64,000 nucleotides of DNA from Octopus sinensis (lineage: Eukaryota), in assembly GCF_006345805.1 (NCBI RefSeq), contig NC_042997.1:208010001-208074000 (forward strand), in the 5' to 3' direction. Positions 45,609 to 57,451 of the stretch are shown here, piece after piece (positions within the stretch are counted from its first letter, which is position 1; the number at the start of each line of letters is the position of its first letter). The notes under the pieces are model-generated. The model did not search any database. It saw nothing but the letters and a program-made list of their open reading frames with translations, and was not told the origin of the DNA. A program made the translations under genes and the position numbers.

Positions 45609-48600
45609 ACTAGCCAAATCGACTACATCCTTGCCAGAAAAAGGGAAAGATGGCTGCATATAAATGCCAAAACCTTCCCAGGCAAAGAATGTACTCCACA
45701 ACATAAACTGGTAGTTAGTGACTTTAGGATCAGGACTAAGAGGATGACTAGAAAACGACCAACATGGAGAAGAAGGGTCTGGAAGTTTAAAGACTCTGCG
45801 AATGGACAGAGATTTAGAGACATGTTACTTGAAGCCTTTGACGAAATAGAAGGGGGTATAGCTACACATGGGGTAGAAGACAACTGGACGCTTCTAAGGG
45901 ACAACTTGCTGAAAGCCACTGACCAGATCTGTGGATGGTGCAAAGTCCCCTCTCGACACAAAATAACGTGGTGGTGGAACAATATTGTTGACGGGGCTAT
46001 TAGACAAAAGAAACAGGCTTGGAAGGACTGGAAGAATGGTGGTAGCAGGGAAGTGTATCAGACTGCCAGAAGGGAAGCTAGGAGGCAGGTGTATTTAGCC
46101 AGAGGGGAAGCAGATAAGAAAAAATTTGCCAATGTTCTGCGCCGTGAAGATGAAAGACTTGAGGTATTTTGTGTTGCAAGACAGTGTGTGAGAGAGAATC
46201 GTGATGTGGTAGGAGAGAAATGTGTTCACAAGGATGACGGTTCACTTGCGCTAAATGAGGATGCAAAGAGAGAGGTTTGGAGACGCCACTATGAAAGGTT
46301 GCTGAATGAGGAAAATGAATGGGATAAAGAGAGTCTGCCGAATGTCGACCCAACAGAGGGACCAGCAATCCGAGTTGACAGTTTCTTAGTAGTTAAGGCA
46401 ATTACAAGCATGAAAACAGGGAAAGCCCCAGGCCAATCAGGAATTACTGCAGAGAGGCTCAAAATATCTGGTAGTGTCGGCTATAGCCTAGTCACCTGTA
46501 TAGTTAATCAGGTGATACATGAAGGAGTCATACCCAATGACTGGTGTAGCAGCATAATAGTCAACTGCTACAAAGGTAAAGGTGATGCCCTAGATACAAA
46601 TAATTACAGAGGTATCAAGCTGTTGGATCAGGTGATGAAGGTTACAGAGAGGGTCATAAGCCAACTAATTAGAGAGAGAGTTAGTTTAGATGAGATGCAG
46701 TTTGGGTTCATGCCAGGGAAAAGTACCACTGATGCTATATTCCTGGTAAGGCAGCTGCAGGAGAAATACCTAGCCAAAGATAAGCCCCTGTACCTGGCTT
46801 TTGTTGACATGGAGAAAGCCTTCGACAGGGTCCCCCGATCCCTCATCTGGTGGTCAATGAAGAAACTAGGGATAGATGAATGGTTAGTGAGAGCTGTGCG
46901 AACCATGCACAGGACGCTGCTAGTAAGGTGAGGGTTGGCAATGAGTACAGTGAAGAATTCCGGGTAGAGGTTGGGGTCCACCAAGGTTCAGTCCTCAGTC
47001 CCCTCCTATTTATCATAATCCTCCAGGCAATAACGGAGGAATTCAAGACAGGATGACCCTGGGAGCTCCTCTATGCTGATGACCTTGCTCTAATTGCTGA
47101 GTCACTATCAGAACTGGAGAAGAAGTTTCAGGTGTGGAAGCAAGGACTAGAATCGAAGGGCCTTAGAATCAACCTAGCTAAAACCAAAGTCCTAATAAGT
47201 AGGAAGGTAGACCAATCACAAACGCCTTCAGGTAGATGGCCCTGCTCGATCTGTAAAAAAGGTGTAGGTAAAAACTCTATAAGGTGCACCAAGTGTAAGC
47301 TATGGACACATAAGAGGTGCAGCAATGTCAAAGGAAGGCTAACTAGGAAAATAGTTTTTGCCTGTGGCAGATGCTCAGGAGCAATAAACACTGAAAATGT
47401 GCAGAGACCAACTTCCACCACATTCCAGGGAGAAAAACTAGAAGTAGTTGATAGCTTCCGCTACCTAGGTGATCAAGTCAGTAGCAGGGGTGGGTGTGCT
47501 GAAAGTGTAACTGCTAGAGTAAGAATAGCCTGGGCAAAGTTTAGAGAGCTCTTACCCCTGCTGGTGACAAAAGGCCTCTCGTTCTGAGTAAAAGGCAGAC
47601 TGTATGATGCATGTGTACGAACAGCCATGCTACATGGTAGTAAAACATGGGCTGTGACTGCTGAGGATATGCGTAAGCTCGCAAGAAATGAAGCCAGTAT
47701 GATCCGATGGATGTGTAATGTCAGTGTTCATAATCAACAGAGTGTAAGTACCTTGAGAGAAAAGTTGGACCTAAGAAGCATTATTTGTGGTGTGCAAGAG
47801 AGATGTTTGCGCTGGTATGGTCATGTGACGAGAATGGCTGAAGATAGTTGTGTGCAAAAGTGCCACACCCTAGCAGTTGAGGGAATCTGTGGAAGAGGTA
47901 GACCCAGGAAAACCTGGGACGAGGTGGTGAAGCACGACCTTCGAACTTTAGGTCTCACTAAGGAAATGACTAGAGAGCGAGACCTATGGAAGTATGCTGT
48001 GTGTGAGAAAACCCAGCAAGACTAGTGAGACCATAACCCGTGGCCTCTACCTGGTATGTAGCCAGTCGACTTATACATACCTTTCCTTCTTGGGACACAA
48101 AACTCCACTTGTGAAGACCCGTTGAGGCAAGTGAAAATCAAAATCAAAATCAAACCAAATCAAATCAGATATCAGAAAGCAGAACCAAAATTGAAGCCGA
48201 TCAACGTCAATGGAAATTACAGCTGTGATACCAGTGCCGGTGACAAGTAAGCAAACCATTCGATCATGGCCGTTGCCAGCGCCGCCCCGACTGGCCTCCG
48301 TGCCAGTGACACGTAAACAGCACTATCCGTTCGTGGCCGTTGCCAGCCTCGCCTGGCCCCCGTGCGGGTGGCATGTAAAAAGCACCATCTGTCCGTGGCC
48401 GTTTGCCAGCTCCGTCTGGCACCTGTGCAGGTGACACGTAAAAAGCACCCACTACACTCACAGAGTGGTTGGCGTTAGGAAGGGCATCCAGAAGTAGAAA
48501 CACTGCCAGATCAGACTGGGCCTGATGCAGCCTTCTGGCTTCACAGACCCCAGTTGAACTGGCCAACCCATGCTAGCATGGAAAGCGGACGCTAAATGAT

Positions 48601-48610
48601 GATGATGATG
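45609..48610 (+). mobile_element. RTE-clade LINE copy A, 5'-truncated at the end of the APE domain, with 3' UTR and (GAT)n tail
   Basis: SQIDYIL, KAPGQSG, NYRGIKLL, QFGFMPGKST, FVDMEKAFDRV, HQGSVLSP, LYADD, FRYLG; frameshift near 46915 and premature stops near 47050 and 47585. Confidence 0.95.
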
Positions 48611-48639
48611 ATATATATATATATATAATATATATATAT

Positions 48640-48708
<69 letters not shown>

Positions 48709-48775
48709 TATATATATATATACATATATATATGTAGATACATATATATGTATGTACATATATATATATGTATAT
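48610..48775. repeat. (TA)n tract shared by two convergent RTE 3' ends
   Basis: Direct reading. Confidence 0.95.
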
Positions 48776-51700
48776 CATCATAATCATTATTGTCATTGTC
48801 CATGCTGGCATGGGTTGGACAGTTTGACTGGGCTAGCATGCTGCACCAGGCTCCAGTCTGATTTGGCATGGTTTTCTACAGCTGGATGCCCTTCCTAACG
48901 CCAACCACTCCTAGAGTGTAATGGTTGCTTTATGTGCCACTGGCATGAGTGCTATTTGTGTGACACCAGGGTGCATTTCTATGCCAATGGCATGGATGCC
49001 AATTTGAGTGACACTGGTATCTGCCACGACTGCAATTCTGCTTGATGGGTCTTCTCAGGCATAACATAATGCCAATGGCTTTTCTCATCGCCTCTGCAAG
49101 GCCTAACACTTGAAAGGAACCCAGCCATTATGCCTCCGTCAGGCCCAATGCTCAACTGGATGTCAGCCACTTTGCCTCTATGAGATCCAACATTCAAAAC
49201 ATGTTCTTTATGTGCCACCAACGCAGATGCACTTGACTTGATGGTTTCTCTCATGCACTGCACATTGCAAAAGGTCTTCGTCCCTGCTCCCTGCCTCTGT
49301 GAGGCTCAAAGTACAAAGACCATGCTTCACCACCTCGTCCAATGTCTTCCTGGGTCTACCTCTACCTTAGCCATTTTGCCTCCATAATGCCCAATGCTCA
49401 AGAGGTGCTCTTTATGTGCCAATTATGTGATACCAGCATCAACAATGACTACTATTTCACTTGGCTTGATGGTTTGTCTCAAGCACATCGTATTGCCAAA
49501 CATCTCGGTCACTGTAAAGCTCAAACTTTCAAGATCATGTTTCACCACTTCATCTCATGTCTTCCTGGGTCTACCTCTACCACATGTTCCCTCCACAGTT
49601 AGGGACTGGTACTTCTTTACACAGCTGTTCTTGTCCATACACATCATATGACCATACTAGTGCATTTGTCTCTCTTGCACACTACATCCGATATCTCTAA
49701 TGCCTAACATTTCTCTCTGTTGAACATGGACACAGATGTTGCACATCCAGTGCATCATACTGGTTTCATTTCTCTCAAGCCTACACATGTCCTTGGCTAT
49801 CACAGCCCATGTTTCACTGCCATGCAGCATAGCTGTTCATACACTGGCATCAAACAATTTGCCTTTCACTCTGAGAGAGGCCCTTTATTTGCCAGCAGGG
49901 GTAGTAGCTCTCTGAACTTTGCCCAGCTTAATCTTATTTTCACAGTTACACACTTGATGCATTCACCTCCACTGCTAACCTGGTCACCTAGATAAAGAAA
50001 GCTATCTACTACCTCTACCTTGCCCCACTAACAGTTGATGGAGTCTATTTTCTGAACATTTTCAGTATTTATTGTACCTGTGCATCTTCCAAATACAAAA
50101 GATAATTTCCCCTGTTAACCCTCCCCTGATACTGCAGTACCTGTTATGTATCCATAGCTTCCAACACCCTTTTCTACAGATCAAGCAGGGCCATCTACCT
50201 GAACGGATCTGTGACTTATCTGCCTCCTAATTACTAAGACTTTGGTTTTCGCTAGGTTAACTCTAGGCCCTTCAATTCTAGACCTTGCTTCCATACATAA
50301 AGCTCTTCATGTAGTTCTAGTAGTGATTCAGCTATAAGAGCAAAGTCATCAGCATAGAGAAGATTCCAGGGGCAGTGTATCTTGAATTACTCTGTTATTG
50401 CCTGGTGGACTATGTTGCAGAAGAGGGGGATGAGCATTGAACCTTCGCGAACCCCTACATGTAACATGAATTCTTTGCAGTACTCATTGCCCACCCTCAT
50501 CTTACTGGTAGCACCCCTGTACAATGCTTGTACAGCTCTTACCAGCCACTCGGCTATCTACTGTTTCTGCATTGACCACCAGACGAATGATCTGGGTATT
50601 CTGTCAAAAGCTTTCCCTAAGTCAGCAAAAGCCAGGTACAGGAGTTTATCTTTAGCCAGGTATTTCTCCTGCAGTCACCTAACCAGGAATATAGCATCAG
50701 TGGTGCTTCTGCCTGGCACAAAACCAAACTTCATGTCATCTAGTCTAACTCTCTCCCTCATTAGTTGGCCTATGACCCTCTCCGCAATTTTCAACACCTG
50801 ATCCTTTGTAGCAGTTAACTATGGTGCTACAACACCAGTCATTGGGTATGACTCCTTCATGAACCACCTGATTTACAATATGGGTGACTAAACCATGGCC
50901 TACACCGCCAACTATTTTAAGCATCTTGGTGGTGATTCTTGATGAGCCAGGAGTTTTCTATTTTCATATCCTTAATTTTTTGCCTGGGTACTGTTGATTC
51001 AGGTAGATGGTCCCTCAGTTGGGTTACCCCTTGACAGATTCTCCTCCTCCCATTCATTCTCCACGTTCAACAGTCTTTTATAATGGCATCTCCAAGCCTC
51101 TTTCTTTGCAAAATCATTAAAAGCAAGTGCACCATCATCCATGCTGACCCATTTCTCTCCTGTGACATAATTTTTCTCTCACTCACTGTCTTGCAATCCA
51201 AAACACTTCAGTTCTACACTAAACATAGGCAAGCTTCTTCTTTTCTGCTTCTCCCTTGGCTAGATATATAGCTTCCCTTCTAGCTGACTGATACACTTCT
51301 CTGCTACCCTAACTCTTCCAGGCCTGTTTCTTTGCTCTAACGGCCCTGTATACAGTATTGTTCAACCACCGCATTACCCTAGGTTTGGAAGGGACTTGTA
51401 CAAGCCACACATTTGGTCTGTGGTGCTCAGCAAGCTATCCCACAGGAATTCCCTGTTGCCTTCTATATCATAAGTTTGTAGCTCCTCCTCCCTATCATCA
51501 ATTTCTCAATTAGGATGTCCCTAAATCTCTGACTATATGGAAGGTCCTTCAGCTTCCAAATCCTTCTTTTCCAGATTGGTCTGCTTCTTGGCCTCCTTTT
51601 GGTTTGGAGTCTAAAGTCACTATTAACTAGTCTATGTTGGTGGGTACATTCATCATAGGGGAAGGTCTTTGTATTTAAGAGCAACCATGCATCCTACTGT

Positions 51701-52480
51701 CTGGTGAGAATGAAATCAATCTGGCAAGCAGAGTCACCTGATGGATAAGTTATCAGGTGGCTGGCTGGCTTCCTGAAGTTGGTGTTGCTGATTTAGCTTG
51801 TTTGCATCACAGAACTCCAGTAGCCTTGTCCTCTCTTCATTTTGGGAACCATGGAACACCATGGAAGATACCAGATTACTGCCCAATATGCCCATTAAAA
51901 TCTCCAGCCAGGTCACTGTCACTTGCCTTTGAGGTAACTGGTAGAAGAATATCACAAAAGCGGTCCTTCTGCTCATTTGGTAGGCCCCTTTGTGGAGTGT
52001 AGGCAGAGATAATTGTAGCTATATTATTCTGCAAGACAAGCCTGAGCTTAAGCATTCTACTGCACACTCTGACTAACTCTATGACCTTATCCACTCATTT
52101 CTCAGCAAGAAGTATGCCCACACCCCACTGTTACCTTCCCAGAAGATTTTATACTTATGTGTCTTGCCCGTGAGGAACCTTGCTGAAGCTCCTCTCCACC
52201 TTATCTCTTGGATGCAACATACATCAACATGCCTCCTTTCAAGCATCTCTACAATCTCACCAGATCTACCCTTCAGTGTGCCTACATTGAGGGTGCCAAC
52301 TTTGAAAACTGGGAAAGGGATGTGGGAGGGAACATGGGAAGGAGATGGTATTCAGTACCTGGAAAGAAGGTTTCCACGATTGTTTGATAGCAGACATGTC
52401 ATAACATTTGCTCTTGCATTTAAACTACTGACATTGAAACAAGTTAAAAACTGTAGCCTCTACCGGAGGTGAGAGTAAGG
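48775..52480 (-). mobile_element. Older, near-full-length RTE LINE (APE + RT), degenerate
   Basis: Minus strand VGTLNVGTLKGRSGEIVEMLERRHVDVCCIQEIRWRG, ISAYTPQ, AGDFNGHIG, then RT remnants and a 3' UTR homologous to copy A. Confidence 0.85.
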
Positions 52481-52560
52481 TAAATATTGTAAATATAAGC
52501 ATTATGCAGCTGCAAATATACCTACATGCATACTTACATATATATATATATATATATATA

Positions 52561-52830
52561 ACACTGAGAATTGTCTGTCTATGTGTCTGTCTGTGTGTAC
52601 ATCATTACAACTCAAGAACTACCCAACCGATTTCATTCAAATTTTACCCATGCCTTACTTAGGGTCCATGCAGTGTCATGGGCCAAAACAATTTCCAACT
52701 TCCTAATGTGAGTCTGGAGCAATCTCTTATCTCTTACAATATTTCAGTATTACATGTCAAAAGTGAAACAATGTGAGATAATACTTTCAGCATTAATACT
52801 GAAACTATTAATACTTTCTCTATGAGATAT
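52561..52830 (+). mobile_element. Helitron 5'-region fragment
   Basis: actgagaattgtctgtc...atttcattcaaattttacccatgccttacttagggtccatg matches 29985-30240. Confidence 0.7.
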
Positions 52831-52861
52831 TTATGCATGTACATGTATGTATGTATACGTG

Positions 52862-52892
<31 letters not shown>

Positions 52893-52902
52893 ATATATAT
52901 AC

Positions 52903-52957
<55 letters not shown>

Positions 52958-52958
<1 letters not shown>

Positions 52959-55900
52959 CATCATCATCATCATCATCATCATTTAGCGTCCGCTTTCCAT
53001 GCTAGCATGGGTTGGACGGTTTAACTGGGGTCTGTGAAGCCGGAAGGCTTCATCAGGCCCAGTCAGATTTGGCAGTGTTTTTACAGCTGGATGCCCTTCC
53101 TAACGCCAACCACTCCGCGAGTGTAGTGGGTGTTTTTTACGTGCCACCTGCACAGGTGCCAGACAGAGCTGGCGAACGGCCATGAACGGATGGTGTTTTT
53201 ACATGTCACCGGCACGGGGCCAGGCAATGCTGGCAACGGACACGAACGGATGGTGCTTTTACGTGCCACCGACACGGGGCCAGACAGAGCTGGCAAACGG
53301 CCACGAACGGACGGTGCTTTTACGTGTCACCTGCACGGGGGCCAGCCGAGGCTGGCAACGAACACGAACGGATGGTGCTTTTACGTGCCACCGACACGGG
53401 GCCAGACAGAGCTGGCAAATGGCCACGAACGGACGGTGCTTTTACGTGTCACCTGCACGGGGGCCAGCCGAGGCTGGCAACGAACACGAACGGATGGTGC
53501 TTTTACGTGCCATGGACACGGGGCCAGACGGAGCTTGCAAACGGCCACGAACGGACAGTGCTTTTACGTGTCACCGGCATGGGGCCAGGCGAGGCTGGCA
53601 ACGAACACGAACGGATGGTGCTTTTACGTGCCACCGACACGGGGTCCAGACAGAGCTGGCAAACGGCCACGAGCGAATGGTGCTTTTACGTATCACCGAC
53701 ACGGGTGCCAGATGAGGCTGACAGTGGACACGAACAGATGGGTCACTTAACCCCTGCTTTCTGATATATGATTTGATTTTGATTGTTCTCACTGGTCTTG
53801 CCGGGTCTTCTGACGCACAGCATACTTCCATAGGTCTCGGTCTCTGGTCATTTCCTTGGTGAGACCTAGAGTTCGAAGGTCGTGCTTCACACCTCGACCC
53901 AGGTTTTCCTGGGTCTACCTCTTCCACAGGTCCCCTCAACTGCCAGGGTGTGGCACTTTTTCACACACCTATCTTCATCCATTCTCGCCACATGACCATA
54001 CCAGCGCAATCGTCTCTCTTGCACACAACATCTGATGCCTCATAGGTCCAACTTTTCTCTCAAGGTACTTACACTCTGTCGACTATGAACACTGACATTA
54101 CACATCCAACGGAGCATACTAGCTTCATTTCTCGCGAGCTTACGCATGTCCTCAGCAGTCACGGCCCATGTTTCACTGCCATGTAGCATGGCTGTTCGTA
54201 CACATGCATCATACAGTCTGCCTTTTACTCTGAGCGAGAGGCCTTTAGTCACCAACAGAGGTAAGAGCTCCCTAAACTTTGCCCAGGCTATTCTTACTCT
54301 AGCCGTTACACTTTCAGCCACACCACCCCCACTACTGACTTGGTCACCAAGATAACGGAAGCTATCAACTACTTCTAGTTTTCCCCCTGGAAAGTGACGG
54401 AAGTTGTTTTCTGCAGATTTTCAGAGGTTAATGCTCCCGAGCATCTGCCACATACAAAAACCATCTTCCTAGTTAGCCTTCCTATGACATTGCTGCACCT
54501 CTTATGTGTCCATAGCTTATACTTGGTGCATCTTATAGAGTTTCTACCTACACCTTTTCTACAGATCGAGCAGGGCCATCTACCTGAAGGCGTTTGTGAT
54601 TTGTCTACCTTCCTACTTATTACGACTTTGGTTTTAGCTAGGTTGACTCTAAGGTCCTTCGATTCTAAACCATGCTTCCACACCTGAAACTTCTTCTCCA
54701 GTTCTGATAATGACTCAGCAATTAGAGCAAGGTCATCAGCATAGAGGAGCTCCCAGGGGCATCCTGTCTTGAATTCCTCCGTTATTGCCTGGAGGACTAT
54801 GATAAATAGGAGGGGGCTGAGGACTGAACCTTGGTGGACCCCTACCTCTACCCGGAATTCTTCACTGTAACTCATTGCCAACCCTCACCTTACTAGCAGC
54901 ATCCCTGTACATGGCTTGCACAGCTCTCACTAACCATTCATCTATTCCTAGTTTCCTCATTGACCACCAGATGAGGGATCGGAGGACCCTGTCGAAGGCT
55001 TTCTCCATGTCAACAAAAGCCAGGTACAGGGGCTTATCTTTGGCTAGGTATTTCTCCTGCAGCTGCCTTACCAGGAATATAGCATCAGTGGTACTTTTCC
55101 CTGGCACGAACCCAAACTGCATCTCATCTAAACTAACTCTCTCTCTAATTAGTTGGCTTATGACCCTCTCTGTAACCTTCATCACCTGATCCAACAGCTT
55201 GATACCTCTGTAATTATTTGTATCTAGGGCATCACCTTTACCTTTGTAGCAGTTGACTATTATGCTGCTACACCAGTCATGGGTATGACTCCTTCATGTA
55301 TCACCTGATTAACTATACAGGTGACTAGGCTATAGCCGACACTACCAGATATTTTGAGCATCTCTGCAGTGATACCTGATGGGCCTGGGGCTTTCTCTGT
55401 CTTCATGCTTCTAATTGCCTTAGCTACCACGGAACTATCAACCCTGATAGCTGGTCCCTCTGTTGGGTCAACGTTCGGCAGACTCTCTTTATCCCATTCA
55501 TTTTCTTTATTCAGCAACCTTTCATAGTGGCGTCTCCAAGCCTCTCTCTTTGCATCCTCGTTTAGCGCAAGTGAACCATCTTCCATGCGAACACACTTCT
55601 CTCCTACCACATCACAATTCTCTCTCACACACTGTCTTGCAACGCGAAACACCTCCAGTCTTTGGTCCTCACGGCGCAGAACATTGGCAAATTTTTTCTT
55701 ATCTGCTTCCCCTCTGGCTAGATAGACCTGTCTCCTAGCTTCCCTTTTAGCAGTCTGATACAATTCCCTGCTACCCCCATTCTTCCAGTGCTTCCAAGTC
55801 TGTCTCTTTTCTCTAATAGTCCAGTTGCCCTCTACCCCATGTGATACTCTATCCCCTTCTACTTCATCAAAGGCTTCAAGTAACATGTCTCTAAATCTCT

Positions 55901-56096
55901 GTCCATTCGCAGGATCCTTAAGCTTCCAGATCCTTCTTCTCCATGTTGGTCGTCTTCTGGTTGTCCTCCTACTCCTGATCCTAAAGTCACTAACTACCAG
56001 TCTATGTTGTGGGGTACATTCTTCGCCTGGGAAGGTTTTGGCATTTATAAGTAGCCATCTCTCCCTTTGCCTGGCAAGGATGTAGTCAATTTGGCT

Positions 56097-56099
<3 letters not shown>
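52958..56099 (-). mobile_element. RTE LINE copy B, 5'-truncated, inserted in (TA)n
   Basis: Same motifs as copy A in reverse; (TA)n on both flanks; in-frame 108-bp deletion relative to copy A; several frameshifts. Confidence 0.95.
53129..53720. repeat. About 61-bp VNTR (10 units, alternating A/B) in the RTE 3' UTR
   Basis: ggtgcttttacgtg recurs at about 53129, 53192, 53252, 53313, 53374, 53435, 53496, 53557, 53617 and 53679. Confidence 0.95.
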
Positions 56100-56140
<41 letters not shown>

Positions 56141-56294
56141 GAAAAAACACACCTTTTAACAATTCGAAATGAACAATTAAGTACACCATCTAAGAAATTA
56201 CATATAAAAGAAATATTAAAATTAAAATAACAATAAAATACCAATGATTAAGTAAATTGCAAAAAAAAAAAACATATGTAATTGGTAGAATAAT

Positions 56295-56395
56295 GACACA
56301 TGTTTTGTGGCTATATTTAAGAAATGACTATAGTAAAAAATTTAGTAGTAGTAGTAAAATCACTTCGATATAAATATAGCCACTCATCAGGTTAA
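56295..56395 (-). ncRNA. Degenerate hammerhead relic (13-bp perfect stem II base, G12 mutated to A)
   Basis: Minus strand CUGAUGA-gtggctatattta...taaatatagccac-AAAA-catgtg-UC; stem I poorly paired. Confidence 0.4.
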
Positions 56396-57391
56396 AAATA
56401 AACTAGAATAATAAAATAATTAATTAATAAATATATGCAGCTCTGAGCTGAAACTAGAAAAAAAAATATATAAAATACTAAATATACATTAAGTGAAAAT
56501 TAAAACAATACTTAAATTATTAAATACGAGATTAAACGGGGAGAAACGAGTAATTAACTTAACAAAATTATATGAGATAGAATTAAAATTATATTTTGAG
56601 GGGACATTTCTAATGGTTAGCACATGGAAAAAGAACAAGCTGTTAGTAAATAAAAATATTTAAGTTGTTAATGGCGAATGTATACTGGGATGGGAAATGA
56701 GAGAAGGAAAGAAAGAATCTTAGCTTCTCGGACATCGTTTGGCGAAGGAATGAAAGAGAACCATATAGGGCAAGATATATATATATTTGAATTTGTTTAC
56801 ATGTTTAATAAATGGATAAATACATTAATGACTGTATAAATAAATAAAGTGATACTGATTTTTACTAATTTTTTTAAAAAATTAAAAATTTGGTAGGTGT
56901 ATTAGGTTGTGGTAAATTTGTTTAGGTTATGCAAAAGGACGTGAACAGACTTTTTTTCCTTGTGATATTTTCGAAAATTTAAAACGTGACAACATTATTT
57001 AACATAACTATATTTGAGGCCAGATTTTTATCATACTATAAGATTTGTAAGTCTTTTTTTTTTATTTTAGCTGTAAAGTTAGTAGCTTTAAACTAGTATA
57101 TTAATGATGATGCCTGTAATATTTCAGTGGATTATAAGTACCATGAAATATATTTGTCTTAAGTGTAAACTACACCACTATATTCATAGTTGAATTTAAG
57201 ATATAAGTTTTAATTATGCTATCATCAAATCAAATATTACATGGCAATACTATGAGACCCCAGGAGTGTCAACATGTCATTGTTTTGGTTAAAACAATGC
57301 AACATTGGCACTGGTTCCATGTTATGTCTCAAAACATGAAGAAAAAAGTGAAACCTTTGATGAAGAAACAGTTATAATTTGTTTCACTATG

Positions 57392-57450
<59 letters not shown>

Positions 57451-57451
<1 letters not shown>

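Noticed and set aside
53129-53750. CRISPR-like array, or the repetitive 146-206-aa ORFs as genes
   Set aside because: Inter-core sequences are homologous to each other; it is a LINE 3' UTR VNTR and the ORFs are by-products of a stop-poor GC-rich repeat.
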